DNA of 63,327 nt, counting the filler, from Nemertoderma westbladi (taxonomy: Eukaryota; Animalia; Xenacoelomorpha): NCBI GenBank assembly GCA_032718475.1. It is 2 parts of 2 records of this genome, joined end to end, with 100 filler letters (N's around TTAATTAATTAA, not from the genome) between each part and the next. Parts side by side here need not be neighbours in the genome. Positions count along the whole stretch, not along the records: positions 1 to 31,888 come from JAUCBJ010003113.1; positions 31,989 to 63,327 come from JAUCBJ010002577.1. One strand, given 5' to 3'. Below the pieces are notes generated by a model. That model searched no databases. It saw nothing but the letters and a program-made list of their open reading frames with translations, and was not told the origin of the DNA. Below, piece by piece: positions 23,285 through 37,900 of the stretch. The position numbers and the translations under genes are program-made. Within the stretch, counting starts at the first letter, position 1, and each line of letters opens with the position of its first letter.

Positions 23285-26200
23285 TTGGGTTTTTTAGTTT
23301 TTTACCCTTTCAAATATATATGGGTACAGTCTAATCTATCTATTATTATAGCTATAAATTTGTATATTATATGTCCCCCCGTTCCACCTTCTTGTTCATT
23401 CTGTTTCTCGGTAGTATCCCCGTCTGATTTATTGCTAAATTGCTCAATTTGTAAAAACACTTTCCACTTCCCGTGCGGGACCTGTCTTGATTTATCTGAT
23501 CTCTCCATATCGAAATCTGACCTCTCCATCACAACCTATTGTATTCACTGCTACTCTGATTTATTTCCCTTTGCTAATGATATATTCCCATCTAATGACG
23601 ACAACAATAATGACAATACCGACTTCACAGATTCAAATAACCATTTTCATTCGATTGACCCAGACAGTAATTTACTTTCTACAATTAACAGCTCTGACTA
23701 CTATAATCAAGACTCATTCAATACCCTAGTAGACCAACAGACCAGTAACAAGAAGCAACTATCCGTCTTCCACCTAAACTGCAGAAGTCTCCGGAAAAAC
23801 TTTCAGGATACAACAACTCATTTAGATTTACTTATTAAACAGTTTGACATATTAACTTTTACAGAGACATTTCTTACTGACGAAACAGACCTCTCTTTAA
23901 CTAAACTTGACGGATACAGTGGACCTCTCACAAATAATAGACTATACGGGAAATTGGACAGGGGCGGAACCGCAATCTATATCAAAGACGGACTACAATA
24001 TTCTATACAGACAAAATTTAATTTGGATGGATGTGAATCTTCTTGGGTACTACTGAAACCAGGCGGAGTAAACAACACTAACAGAAAACCATTACTCATA
24101 GGAACAATTTACCGTCCAGATACTTGCCCAGAAGTTAAATTCTTAGACGAATTAAACCGCAATCTTAACATTATGTCTGATCTTAAATACGATACAATTA
24201 TTACAGGTGATATAAACATCGATTCCTTAAAACATAACTTATCAACGAAAAACTACAATAACATATTACACACATACGGGTTTCAACAGATAATTAAGCA
24301 GGCAACGAGAATCACTCTATATTCAAAATCACTGATCGACCACATATCCACAAATATTACCGACAAGTTCGTTTCCGCCGGAGTTTTCCTGACTCAAATA
24401 GGTACCACGGATCACTTGGCCACCTTTATTTTAATTAATGATTTTGATTCCTACCTAACCTCATCTGAACCAAAACGTACTACATTCGATTACACAAAAT
24501 TCAACCAAAAAAGTTTTTTAGCGGATCTTCAAAACAAAAATAACTGGACTTATAACGAAGATGTAATAGCAAACGAAGATAAATTTTCAATTTTTTATGA
24601 AAACTTCAACTCATTGTGCACTAAACACTTACCAAAAAGGAAATTAAAACAAAATTTATTCCCAAAAAGCCATGGATGACCACAAATCTAGTAAAATGTG
24701 TAATAAAAAAAAATAATTTATACGCTGCGTTAATGTCAAACCCATCTAACTTAAAATTATCGCAATACTCCTGCTATAGAAATAAATTAACAAAAACACT
24801 TCGTGCTGCAGAAAAAAACTTTTATGAAAATGAATTTATTAAAAACAGAAATTGCTCGAATAAAAAGTGGAAAACCATAAACTCAGCTCTACATCGATCA
24901 AAAAAGTTATCTAGCCCAATCAAAATTAAAACAGACCCATCCGGTAGAACCACGAGTGATAGTGCATTAATTGCCGATATTTTTAATTCTCATTTTTCAT
25001 CTATAGGACCTCAACTTGCCAAACAAAATTTTCAACAAAATTCCAAAATCTAATAGACAACCAACTCGCTTCATTAAAAATAGTAAATATAATTCCTTTT
25101 CTCTTTTAGAACCATGTGAAATAGAAATTGTTTATTTTTTACTTGACATAGACAATAATGTATCTACTTATGATGAATTTCCCGTTTCACTGGTTAAATT
25201 AGCAGCACACATAATAGCTCCACACCTCACATATTTAATTAAATTATCTATTTTAAATGGATTGTATCCGCAAATTCTAAAAAAGGCTAAAATAATACCT
25301 ATTTATAAGTCAGGTGATCCGACAGACAAAAATAATTACCGTCCAATTTCAATTTTACCAATCTTCACTAAAATCTATGAAAGACTAATTAATACTCAAT
25401 TAATGGCATACTTAAATAAATATTCCCTACTTTCTTCAGCTCAACACGGATTCCGTAAACAAATTACCACTACTGACGCCATACTAACCATTACTGAACA
25501 ATTGCAAGAAACTCTGGACAACCAAAGCTCCGCCTGTCTTATTTCAGTAGACCTTAAGAAAGCATTCGACACCCTTGACCACGACATACTTTTAAAAAAA
25601 CTAGACTGTTACGGCATACGCGGACTCCCACATCAATTAATATGCAGTTTTTTAAACAATAGAACACAGGTCGTACACATTGACGGCACTACATCTGCAA
25701 CAACTAGCTCACCTTGTGGAACTCCTCAGGGAGCCATACTCAGTCCCACATTATTCTTACTCTACATAAATGACTTACCGAATTGCACTAAATTACTGAC
25801 AACACTCTTCGCTGACGATACGACATTACTTTACTGCAATAACAATACCAATACGTTTATTTCAACTGTTAACACAGAACTCGAGAAACTACACGACTGG
25901 CTTAGACAACAAACTATCATTAAATTTAAAAAAAACTGAGTATATCGTATTCCACAACTCTAGACAACCACAGATTCCTACGGTTAATATACAGTCCACC
26001 CCGCTGCCACAAAAAATAGCTTCTAAATTTTTAGGTATTTACATAGATAATAAAATTAACTGGAAATTACACTGTGAATATATTTTATCCAAAATCTCAA
26101 AACTTACAGGAATATTTTTCAAATTAAGGCACATTCTCCCATTACACATACTAAGAACATTATGCTTTGCGCTAGTCCACCCACATCTATTGTACGGCTT

Positions 26201-26637
26201 AGTTTTATGGGGAAACAGCTACGATATTTATACCAACAAAATTAAAACTAAAGTTAACAAAATAATTAGAGCAATAACTTTTAACCACTTCCGAGAACAT
26301 GCGGCCCCGATATACAAATCTCTAAATATTTTGCCATTTAATAAACTTTTTGAATTGGAGACCGCAAAGTTCATGTTCGACATCAAAAATAGAACCAAAA
26401 CTGAAGCTCTAGTAAATATTTTTAAAGCCACATCCTCAATACACCACTACAATACCCGTTCTGCGTCAGCACAAAATTTTTGTTATTCCCCGAGTTCGGT
26501 TACAAATTTCCCAACAATCACTAAAATTTACTGGACCTAAAATTTGGAACGATCTACCACTCGAAATTAAAACCTCAAAAAATAAAGTTATGTTCACTTC
26601 TCGTTTAAAAAAACTATATTTGGAATCACTTCTATAA
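23285..26637 (+). pseudogene. LINE ORF2: PHD finger + APE + RT, several frameshifts
   Basis: C-x2-C...C-x2-C-x4-H-x2-C...C-x2-C; HLNCRSL, TETFL, GDINID, SLIDHI, TDH; NYRPISIL, VDLKKAFD, GTPQGAILSP, FADD. Confidence 0.93.
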
Positions 26638-29519
26638 TGTCCTCCCTAAAGCTGTTACCTGTCACATCCCCAAAAATATCCGATGGCCAAAACTTCATAG
26701 GTTTCACCTCCATACTCAGCTTTTATTACAGTAGGCTATTAATAATAATATGAAAACTACAGTTTTAAACTTCTTGCTATCCTATCCACAGTACCTACGC
26801 TCCTTTTAGGAATCTACTATCCCACTATATAGATACTGTATCTAGCCAGATTCCCGCACATTTCTGTCATATCCAACTGTATATATATAAGTTTTATTTA
26901 AAATTTGATACTACCGAGATTCCCCCCCCCCCCTCCTCTTTTTTCGCTTATTTCTATCAATGTAACCCAATAGCTTAAGATTAAACGCCCGGTTGCTAGC
27001 TATACTAGCACTGCTACAGCTAAGCAACCGGGTGGTCTCATTATTCACCCTACCAGTATTATTTCCAATTACACTGTATCTTCTGTTTATTGGTGTTGGG
27101 GTGCTACATATTAAAGCTATTCTTATTATTGATTGGTAATAACAATGGACCGGGCCATCCCGGATTGATATACTAATTGTCACTTTGGCACTCCCTGTGA
27201 GTGTTTCCCCCTGCCGCTAGCCTTTACTAGCTGTGTTCTCCCTCTGAGGTGGTTTGACCTCTCACCTCTCTCTGTGGCTTTGGGGCCTGTATCGCCCCCC
27301 CCCCCCCCCCGAGTTGGTTATGAGGCGAGATTATTATTGGTAATCTCGTATCGCCAACTATATTGGTAAAATGCCACTGGTCCCATTTTCGGGTGGATAA
27401 TGTAAGGGAATTGAATCCGCTTACACCCCCCCCCCCCCCCCCCATGCTATCTTCCCAGTACGAAGATAGCATCAATCTTAAGTGCGCTTCAATTCCGCTG
27501 GAACCCAATCTAATATCGGGTGTGGGGTGGAGTTCTTTTCTCGGGGTCGGCTTCCCAGACCGCCCCCCCCCCCCTGGGTGTGTTATTACTACCCTTCCTT
27601 GGTGCAATCGCGAGCTATGTTGCACCAAGGTATCTGGTGTCTCTGTTTGAGACAATTGTGCTTACTCTCCACACAATTTTCTTCAACCTCACTCTAATCT
27701 TCCTCATGGACCTTGCTGTCCCTTACTCTCACTTCGGTCCCTTGGGACTCTTCCCCTCTCACTGCTCACTCCCCACATTTGAATTGCACTTCTTTCACTT
27801 CCTCACGCGCCAACACCTCCTCTCCATACTTCCCCGTTTCCCTTGTACTCAACTGATATCTTACTCCACCTACCCCTGACGAGCCTCACCCTCCCCTTTT
27901 GTGCCGCCGCACTCAAGAAGCGTGATTCGTCTAGTGTCTCGTCCTCCTGTCGTAGTCAATTGGTCCCCAGTCCCAGTAGCTAATTGGAAAAGGTTATATA
28001 TGACTATAATACTTAGATTGATTATATATTGATTATTCGATTATCTACATACGTACCATACTAATTGCACTTTAATTATTTGCAGTTAGGAGTTCGTATT
28101 TTATCCTACATGTGGTACCTTCCAGGCACACCCACATCTCTGTCCCTGAGTTCTAGTTCTCTCCTCCCGTCTTTGGGAACCATCTAAGTTCTTTGCCCCT
28201 GTCATCGTCTTGTCTGGGCCGCTTCCTTCCCTTCGGCTTGTCCTCCCTGAGACTCCTCATTCTTGCCGTTACCGTTTTACTAAGCCCCGTCGTTGGTTCT
28301 TTGGGCGCTGGTGTTATCAACTCCCGGTAACACTTTGCAGGTGGTCCCTCCGAGTGTCCCTCCTGCTTCCCCCTGGTAGCGTCCCACAGGATCATTTTTA
28401 TCGCCCGCGGCACGTGTTCCACCAGAAAGTCCCTGAACTCGACCCTGTCTCTGGCGACCATCTATCCAAGTATCTCTGAGTTTTGATGACTCCTCCATAC
28501 GATGCCGCTGTCGCTACCTCCTGATATGTGAATGGCAGTCTCCTCTTGATAAATAATCGCCCTCAGTGCCCACAACTTCTAACTTCTACGGTACTATGTA
28601 CCCTACTACTACTTCTATGGTATACCTACATACCATACCCTTTACTCTCTTACTACTGGCCTCCCCCTCAATATGTGCGCTGGCGTTAAAGCCCCCGATG
28701 ACCCCCGGTAATTCTTCGGTACGCATAATGGCTAACCATTTAATGCCCCCTCGCACTCTGCCACCCCCATGTGCGTGTCATCGCTGCCTTCTCCGTTCTT
28801 GGTCTAGTCTTCCCACATCCTCTCCCTTTCCACCTTGTCTTCTTACTCGATCTCCTCCCCATCGGTATGTGTCTGTTCCGGACAAGTTTGACCACAAACA
28901 CGTGCCCTTAATTCCGCTTCCTCCTTGTTTTAATTTCTCTCTGCTCTCTCTCATACTACATGTCTAACATCTATGTTACATGTATACTCTATATTCTATG
29001 TATATCATATGATGGTTTATGTGTTAATAATAATAAATTTACTTATTATAAATTCATATGCCCACAGTTACTCACATAATTTTTTATGGGCCCACTCTTG
29101 TCGCAATCACTAATTCTTGTTTCATCAACCAATCATAATCCAAAAAAAGTTTCGGCCCCATGTATGAAACAGTTCAAATATATATAAGTTTATTGAAGAG
29201 GTTAAAATATGAATGGAACATAAATACAGACACCAAAAGCAAACGAAAAATACTGTAAAATTGGCCACAAACCAAAAATAACCAATAAACAAAAAAAAAA
29301 CTAAAAATAAGTCTAAAACTAAAAAATAAACCAAATAACCAAAAATGAACAGCAATAGTCATATACATGATACATGTAATATCTTCGTCATTACATAATT
29401 ATATATCGGGGCATCAAGTCAAACTGGTTAAACACTGATAAAAACATATATAATTATAAACAAGCTGCGTCTCTGCGTACTACTGTATACATTATAAACT
29501 ATAAACACTAAAGTCTATA

Positions 29520-31075
29520 CTGTAGAACTACTTTAAACACTAAAGTTATGAACTGTAGATTTAATTAAACACCAAAGTTATGAACTCTAGATTTAATTAA
29601 ACACCAAAGTTATGAACTGTAGATTTAATTAAACACCAAAGTTATGAACTGTAGATTTAATTAAACACTAAAGTTATAAACTGTAGATTTAATTAATTAA
29701 ACACCAAGTGATTAAACACCAAGTTCATCTGCATGAACTGTAGATTAATGAACCATTTTAAACAGCAAAGTTTTAAACTGTAGATTAATGAACCATTTTA
29801 AACAGCAAAGTTATAAACTGTAGATTAATGAACCATTTTAAACACCAAAGTTATAAACTGTAGATTTAATTAATTAAACACCAAAGTTATGAATTGTAGA
29901 TTTATTAAACACCAAAGTTATGAATTGTAGATTTAATTAAACACCAAGTTATTAACTGTAGATTAATGAACCATTTTAAACAGCAAAGTTATAAACTGTA
30001 GATTAATGAACCATTTTAAACAGCAAAGTTATAAACTGTAGATTAATGAACCATTTTAAACAGCAAAGTTATAAACTGTAGATTTAATTAATTAAACACC
30101 AAAGTTATGAACTGTAGATTTAATTAAACACCAAAGTTATGAACTGTAGATTTAATTAAACACCAAAGTTATGAACTGTAGATTTAATTAAACACCAAAG
30201 TTATGAACTGTAGATTTAATTAAACACCAAAGTTATAAACTGTAGATTTAATTAAACACCAAAGTTATGAACTGTAGATTTAATTAAACACCAAAGTTAT
30301 GAACTGTAGATTTAATTAAACACCAAGTTATTAACTGTAGATTAATGAACCATTTTAAACAGCAAAGTTATAAACTGTAGATTAATGAACCATTTTAAAC
30401 AACAAAGTTATAAACTGTAGATTAATGAACCATTTTATACAGCAAAGTTATAAACTGTAGATTAATGAACCATTTTAAACACCAAAGTTATAAACTGTAG
30501 ATTTAATTAATTAAACACCAAGTTATTAACTGTAGATTAATGAACCATTTTAAACAGCAAAGTTATAAACTGTAGATTAATGAACCAATTTAAACAGCAA
30601 AGTTATAAACTGTAGATTTAATTAATTAAACACCAAGTTATTAACTGTAGATTAATGAACCATTTTAAACAGCAAAGTTATAAACTGTAGATTAATGAAC
30701 CATTTTAAACAGCAAAGTTATAAACTGTAGATTAATGAACCATTTTATACAGCAAAGTTATAAACTGTAGATTAATGAACCATTTTAAACACCAAAGTTA
30801 TAAACTGTAGATTTAATTAATTAAACACCAAGTTATTAACTGTAGATTAATGAACCATTTTAAACAGCAAAGTTATAAACTGTAGATTAATGAACCAATT
30901 TAAACAGCAAAGTTATAAACTGTAGATTAATGAACCATTTTAAACAGCAAAGTTATAAACTGTAGATTAATGAACCATTTTATACAGCAAAGTTATAAAC
31001 TGTAGATTAATGAACCATTTTAAACAGCAAAGTTATAAACTGTAGATTAATGAACCAATTTAAACACCAAAGCTC
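29520..31075 (-). repeat. Inverted, longer copy of the 32-40-bp minisatellite
   Basis: Tandem CAAAGTTATAAACTGTAGAT units, ~1.55 kb versus ~1.0 kb in arm A. Confidence 0.97.
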
Positions 31076-31183
31076 TACACAATTAAGAAAGCCTTTTCAC
31101 CAACAAAGTTTTTGTCACTGATCTGCATACAGAGAGAGACAACACAAAGCAGTTCTATCACCATCACCTCAGAATTAATAGAA

Positions 31184-31581
31184 CTAGACGTCGCAGACAA
31201 TGTCACTGACACTCTCGCTGTAGATCACCTCGCTGGACGAACCGGTGTCCCCAACCTGTAATTGCGTGATGGGCAGTAACTTCTTGTCATCAACAACAAT
31301 GGTCTCGAGACATTCGGTAGAGCTCTGATGACAAGTTGTCGTCCTCCCGGAATTGAATACATGCCTGGTGGCATCGCGATCAGCAAAACACAAATCATAG
31401 CTGGAGACGCCCTTAGATGAGAGCGTTATGGTTTGGGAGCAGCTGAGCGCTCTGTCTATGATATCACGGACTTCCGCATCGCCCTGCTCATAACTCACAT
31501 TGATATCATATCCGCATTTGGCTTCAGGTCCACTTGGTCCAACCTTCTCGCTTACAAAGGTCGCAGGAATATAGGTTTTTC
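31184..31581 (-). CDS. Caspr-like terminal exon, copy 2
   Basis: Mirror of 735-1132; two amino-acid differences (AELR/AEVR, SCTQ/SCSQ), frame intact. Confidence 0.6.
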
Positions 31582-31888
31582 CTTTAGGAAAAAATATAAA
31601 TATAGCAGAAACCATTCTAACATTCTTACTGGTTAAAGCAATATAATAGACCAACCAACCACCCACCCAACCATACCACCCACCCCACCGCTACGCAGCC
31701 ACGGCGCTCCGGCACCCGTAAATCCAACCATACTGACTCCTTAACGAAGGGCATCGAGTGATGCTATTAGCCAACATTGTTAGCAGGGCTGGACTAAGGC
31801 CTAGGCTAGCTAGGCTATAGCCTAGGGGCCCCCGACTTTTTGGGGCCCCCAATTCCAATAACAGGTAAAGGAGATGCAAATTAAAAAT

Positions 31889-31988
31889 NNNNNNNNNNNN
31901 NNNNNNNNNNNNNNNNNNNNNNNNNNNNNNNNTTAATTAATTAANNNNNNNNNNNNNNNNNNNNNNNNNNNNNNNNNNNNNNNNNNNN
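31889..31988. other. Assembly gap containing an artificial TTAATTAATTAA linker
   Basis: 100-base N run with an embedded six-frame stop linker. Confidence 0.95.
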
Positions 31989-34900
31989 TCCTCTGGAGGC
32001 GATGTCAGCTGGGTTAATCGTACCAGGGCAATGTCTCCATTGATCTATCGTTGTGCGACTAAGAATAATGGCCACTCTGTTAGTAACAAAGACGCTGAAC
32101 TGACAGACTTCATTCGTTATATATTCCAACACAAGTAAAGCGTCGGTCCAATAAACAGTTTTCTCCAGTGGATAATCGATCTGTTCTGTTACATTCCGGC
32201 CGATAGCTGTAGCGTATAAAGCTGCTTTTAACTCCGCCCGAGGAACCTTAAGCTTGTTGTTAATCAATGCCTTAGAGGTAACCAAGGCAACTTTGATTCC
32301 ATCCGGAGTTTCGACTCGCAGGTATGCTACTATACCGATTCCCATATCGCTGGCATCTCCAAATACATGGAGTTGATAGGAATACGTAGGGAGAACATGA
32401 CCAAAATATGAACGGGAAATTATAAAGTTCTCGATGGCAGGTAGCGAGTCCTCCCATTTCATCCATTTCTTTAATAGTTCTCCCTTGAGTGGATCGTCCC
32501 ACGAGTGGTTTTCAAGCCACATTTGTTGTACTAAACTCCGAGCAATCAATATAACTGGGCTAATAAATCCCAAGGGATCGAAATAAGTGCTCAGAATACT
32601 TAAACAAATCCGTTTGGTCCGAACTGGATTATCTCGCTGTTTTAGCTGAAAAAACAGGATATCTCTTTCTGTGTCCCACTTCAAGCCAAGCGTCTTGGTT
32701 TCCGGAAGATCGTCATGTATTAAGTCGAGGTCTTTTGATCCCCGGTCTTCTACAGATATTGCTTCCAGAAACTCACGGGAGTTGCTGGTGAACTTCGTCA
32801 ATCGAAATCCACCTCTTTTCAAACACTCAACCGTTCCTTTCGCGACATCAATGGCTTCTTTTACTGATGGAAGGGACTTTAAATTGTCGTCCATGTATAT
32901 GTCTCGTTTGATGTTATCTATCACCTCTTTGGAGAAGGCATCCCGGTTGTCATCCGCAGTGGTACGAACCACTGAACAGGCGTTTGAAGGGCTTGATATA
33001 ATCCCAAAAGCCTGGATGGTCATCCAGTACTCTACCGGTTTCTGGTTGAGATCTCCTTCAGGCCACCACAGGAATCTTAGGCTGTCTCTATCACGATCCA
33101 ATGCCTTGACTTGTAAGAACATTCCTTCTATATCGGAGGCGAACGCGATGGAATATTGTCTTAATCTTAAAAGTATTCCCAACAAAGATTGGAGCAAGTT
33201 GGGTCCTGGTAACAACTCGGAATTGAGGGATTGGCCCATATATAGGGCGGAGCCATCAAATACGACCCGTACTTCATGGGGTTTACCGGGTTTGGGAACG
33301 TAATGATGTGTTAGATAATAAGTTCTTTCAGTTATTGGAGTTCCTTCCGGTACTCGCTCCGCATATCCCTTTGTGATAAATTTCTTCAACTGAGTTTGGT
33401 ACATTTCCTTAGCTGAAGCATTTGCCGTAAGACGTCGATGTAATTGATTGATTCTTTTCTCAGCCAAGGGTCTGTTATTTATAAATCTAGGTTCCCGTTT
33501 TCGGAAGGGTAGTCCGATTTCATATCTACCTTGATCTTTTAAAAAACGTGTGGTTGTTTCCTGGATTTGCTTGGCTCTTTCTTCTTCTATCGACAGGGCT
33601 TTGTCGTATGAATTGGGTTCTACCAATTCTTGGGTAAAGAATCGTACGGCTAGTTCGTCCCGAGTTCTAGCGTTGTAGCGCTCTATCTCATCGTTAAGTT
33701 CGTCATTGTAAGCAATGGGTTCCGATGGGCGAATCAGTTGACATAGATTCACCTGATTTTTCCAAGTTTGGTTTTCGGTAAGTAGGTCCATTGTGTTCTC
33801 TTCATCGAAGAGTTGGTAGATGTCGTCATTATCTGAGGAGTATGGTGTTCCCTCAGTTAGTTCGTCCACCTCACTGCTTTCCACTTCCCAATCGTTTACT
33901 TGATATATTTGTTCGTGTGGCATTCTCTCTTCGAGAGTTCTACGGGAAGGGCCAGTAAAGTACCAACCTACTCTAGTTCTTACCGCATAGGTTTGCAGTG
34001 GCTGTGGTTGAGCAGGCCGTTTCTCTAATGTTTCGAGCGCCTCGTGCGCGTTTTGGTCGATGAGTATTTGCACTCCAGGATAATCTGTCTGGAATCGAGG
34101 TATCTTAAGATGTTGGATGCTCTCATCTTCGTCCCAATTATAAAGGTCTGCTTGAGTAGTAGCAAAGTTCTTTATAGCCACCATTTTTACTGACCTTATA
34201 CCTTGTGTTCCTAACTTATCCTGGGGGGTGGACAACACACCTACATAGTAATCTGCCGTTAGGGTAGATTTCCAAACCTGCATAATTCCTGACATATTCA
34301 ATTTAGTCCGGAACTTGGGTTGTCCAGCAAAGATATCTTCGGCTAGTTCTTGATTGATGAATGTTCCTGTGCTGCCGGAGTCAAGGAGGGCGTTCACTAT
34401 GTAGCTTTTGTTAAGACCGTGAACTCTTACTTGAACTACAGGAAATTCTCTGATTCCTACGTTGGAAGCTGGAGCTTTCCAAGATGGTTGTTTGGCGAAA
34501 GTAGTTGGGGGAAACTCATCGTTGATGTCCTTTTCGTAAGTAAGTGCTCGATACACTGCGGTATTTATTAGATAACAGGATTCATTGGCGTCGGAGAATT
34601 CGTCAGTATAGAATCCTTCCATCTCAGACTCTTGATCAGTGTCGTTTACGTCACTGAATTGGACATGTAGTTCGGGCTCACTTACCTGACTCTGTCTGTC
34701 TCGTTCGAACTCACTGTGTAACAAGATGTGATGTTTCGCGCCACACTTTGCACACTTTATGTCGGAGTAACAGGTTCGCCGTTGATGTCCTGGTCTGAGG
34801 CAATTATAGCATAACCGCTTGTCCCACACGACTGTACGTCTGTCTACAAGGGATTTCTTTAGAAATTCAGCACACGCACTCAAACGGTGGGTCCCGTCGC

Positions 34901-37900
34901 ACAGCGCACAGTTAGGTTTTATGTTACTCACTTTACCTTGGGTAACTTGATGCACTCTCGTTTTTTCTTCGGGTTTTCTTCGGTGCATTCTGTTAGGAGA
35001 CTGAGGAGGGGTCTTGGCAACCTGTTCTCTCCTATCGTTGTTTCGAGCCTTGTATTTACTTACGTCCTTTGAGGTTTTGTCAACATAGTAAGATCGGTCT
35101 GTGTCTTTCCCGCTGTCCTCTTCTTGGGAAGCTTGGCTTTCGCCGTCGTCAGTGTAACACACCGGTGTTACTCTTCTCCTAGAAGTGGGTTTCTCACTTA
35201 CCTTATTTTCCGATGTTTTCTCTCTGGACTGCTTGATGAGTTGTAGTTTTACTTCACCATCTAAGAAAGACATGAGATCAGCCATGGTAGGACTTCGTCG
35301 TTGTTGTTCATTCATGTACAACACTTTCTTGTCCCAGCGTGTACATACTCCACCCTTTGGTAAAGTAGAGACTACGGCTCCAATAACCATGGAACTCTGA
35401 TATTCATGCGACTTACCTAACCAGTCCAGTTGTCTACAGATCTCTTGAATTTCATCGGAAAACTCTATAATCCCGCTACTAAGGAAGTGTCGGGGGGCTA
35501 CTAATTTTGCATACAAATACTTAGCTATGTTATCCTTGTTACCATACCTGATGTTTAATGTATCCCAAACTTGTCTTAATCCATCTGGATGTCCAATAAA
35601 CTTTAACGCCATTAACTTGGGAGGTCCTTCCAAGCACTTGATGAGGAATCTAAGTTTCTCTCCGTTAGATAGTACAGAGTTCTGTATGCTATCTTTGTAA
35701 TATTCGTTGAAAGGTAACCATTTCATCTCATCTCCATTGAATTTGACGATCTCTCCCACTTTGACCGCTTGGCGGGCTTCTGTTCTAGCCATCTGACGCG
35801 TAAAGCTTTCTTGGGCCATCGTGTTATTTAATATCGAATTATCGGTATATAAATTTCTCGGATTATTATCAGGTCTATAGGGAATATCATTAGCAACAGG
35901 CGTATAATCACCCTTAATAGGGTTTGCTATAGGAGTTTCTACTTCACTAGCAGTATAGATGCGTGTAGGCTCCACACCTTGCGCATGTAGTACTTCAGAC
36001 CTAACAGGTTGACACAATGTTACAGGGGGTATTGGTATGCCCTTTTGGATATTGACTAATTTGTCGCGTTCTAGTGCGATACTTTGCTGCACTTCTTGCA
36101 ACTCTGCTCTACCTTCCCTCACTGTTCCCTTAAGTTGGTGGACAGTCTCCTGCATCTGTCCTAGCAGGAGATTCATCCCCCGCCGTCCCTCTTCTACCCA
36201 CTCAACCGCCGAAGCGGGAGTCGCCAACATAGTAGCGGGCTGACGCGGGACGACGGGAGACAAATCTTTGATTTCTCTCTCTGCTATCCGGACAGGGATA
36301 TTCTCTTGGACTGTTCTACCGGGTACAGGCAGTGTAGTACTATGTAAAGGGAATTTAGAGTTAAGCTCTGGAAGTACAGGGGTCTCTAACACAGAAGTGA
36401 CTTTGGGAACGACAGGCCTAATTATTTCAGGCTCATCAACTATTGTAGGGAGTCTTTTGACCTTAATACTTTGGGCTGTAGGTTCTATACTACTCAAGTC
36501 TGTGCTAGCTAGCTGTCTTCTAACAGCTGGGGGCAAATCAGGCAATTTGCGACGGTAAGATGTTTTTCTACGCCTACTTAGATGAGATCTATTTCCTCCG
36601 CCTTCAGGATCGGTGGTCTCGCCTTCCTCCGAGGATGTGTATCCCTGGCGCTTGGGAGTAGATTTTCTCATCATCTGCATTTGATTAGCAGTAAACTGTT
36701 TATTTATACTGTCTTGCGTCTCTTGCAGATTTTCCAACTTCAGTTGGATAGTCTCCTCAGAAGCTCTCTGTTCTGCTTCTGCCACTGCTGCTTTTCTTTC
36801 TGCTTCTGCTTCTGCCGCCTTTCTTTCGGCTTCTGCTTCTGCCGCTTTTCTTTCGGCTTCTGCTTCTGCCGCCTTTCTTTCGGCTTCTGCTTCTGCCGCT
36901 TTTCTTTCGGCTTCTGCTTCTGCCGCCGCTGCTGCTGCCACCTTTCTTTTCTCTATCCATTCTTTCTTTACTTGTTCTTCTCGGACTCTAGTGAGGCGGA
37001 GTTTTTCATCAAATTCAGCTTGGTTTGCAGCTAACATTTCGGCATTGATTGAGTCCAACACAAGCTTGGTTCCTTCACTATTAGGGGAAAGTCCAGACAG
37101 CCGTCTCCTCAACTCTTCGTCTCCTAGGAATCGCTGATAGTCGGACAGATAAATGTCGATAGCGTCTCTAGTTCGCGGTTTCTCGGCGGTCTCTTCGCTT
37201 TCCGCTTGAGAAAGGGTGACATCAGTTTGTTCTTCATAGGTTGATCTCTCAGCCAGCTGGGATTTCCACTGGGCCGTTTCCTGTACTTTGAGACCTACCC
37301 GATGGAACCAAGTTTTGACAGCAACCTGCAGCGACGTGTCCTGTCTTCTTTTGGAAGTTTCCTCAAAGGCTGATAGGATTAGTCGAATGCGTAGGGTTCT
37401 TTCGCGTACTTGGTATAGCAGCTCTTCCTGCTCTTGAGGTCCTTGGGGTTGTCGAAACAGTTGTTCTTCCAATCGCTCCAAGGAGCCGAAGAATCCCTGC
37501 ACATATCCTGCTGCCGACCTCTTCCAAACAGCTGGATCCATTGTATCTTTAGCCACTCCCATCCTGTGTATATCTTCCCAAGTAGCCTCGGACAGATCCA
37601 ACGGGAGTCCGAGTCCGGGAAAGTTCCATTGTGACTCGACAATAGACATCAATTCTTCCCTGGCGTATCCCGCATAATTATCTTGGGTCGCTCGCTTATT
37701 TCTCGCCCAGTCGGCTTGATGTTCCTCCACCGCAATGAATATAGTAGTTAGCACTGCAGCAGGAAGGGTGAGAAGGGGGTCCGAGTAGACAGTAGCAGCC
37801 ATCTGCACTCCGTGTTCAGGGGTCAGCTCTACAGTATCCGAACTACTGGAGCTATCGGGTCGCTGGGAAGTAGGTTCTTGACCAAGATGTTGCTGCGATA

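Larger units (their letters stand above)
21490..27167 (+). mobile_element. Near full-length CR1-group (CR1/Crack/Daphne/L2-like) LINE
   Basis: Absent from the equivalent site in arm A (~4590). ATATA is duplicated at 21485-21489 and 27168-27172. ORF1 and ORF2 remnants; 3' stem-loop CCCGGTTGCT..AGCAACCGGG. Confidence 0.92.
18611..31888 (-). repeat. Arm B of the giant inverted duplication, interrupted by LINE 21490-27167 and ending at the gap
   Basis: Reverse complement of 428-7436; junction CTG|CCAAATTTATGGCACT at 18610/18611. Confidence 0.97.

Noticed and set aside
27870-27900. Hammerhead ribozyme (CTGACGAG)
   Set aside because: No properly placed GAAA core or stems found.
428-31888. Polinton/Maverick or other giant TIR transposon
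   Set aside because: No polB, integrase or transposase in the spacer; the arm's inner boundary falls mid-LINE.
31933-31944. TTAATTAATTAA as the biological stop of gag-pol
   Set aside because: Artificial linker inside the N gap; adjacency of the flanking contigs is itself unverified.
32272-37642. Antisense and overlapping ORFs within gag-pol (likewise 7198-7803 and 11757-12113)
   Set aside because: Shadow frames of real coding sequence with no motifs.
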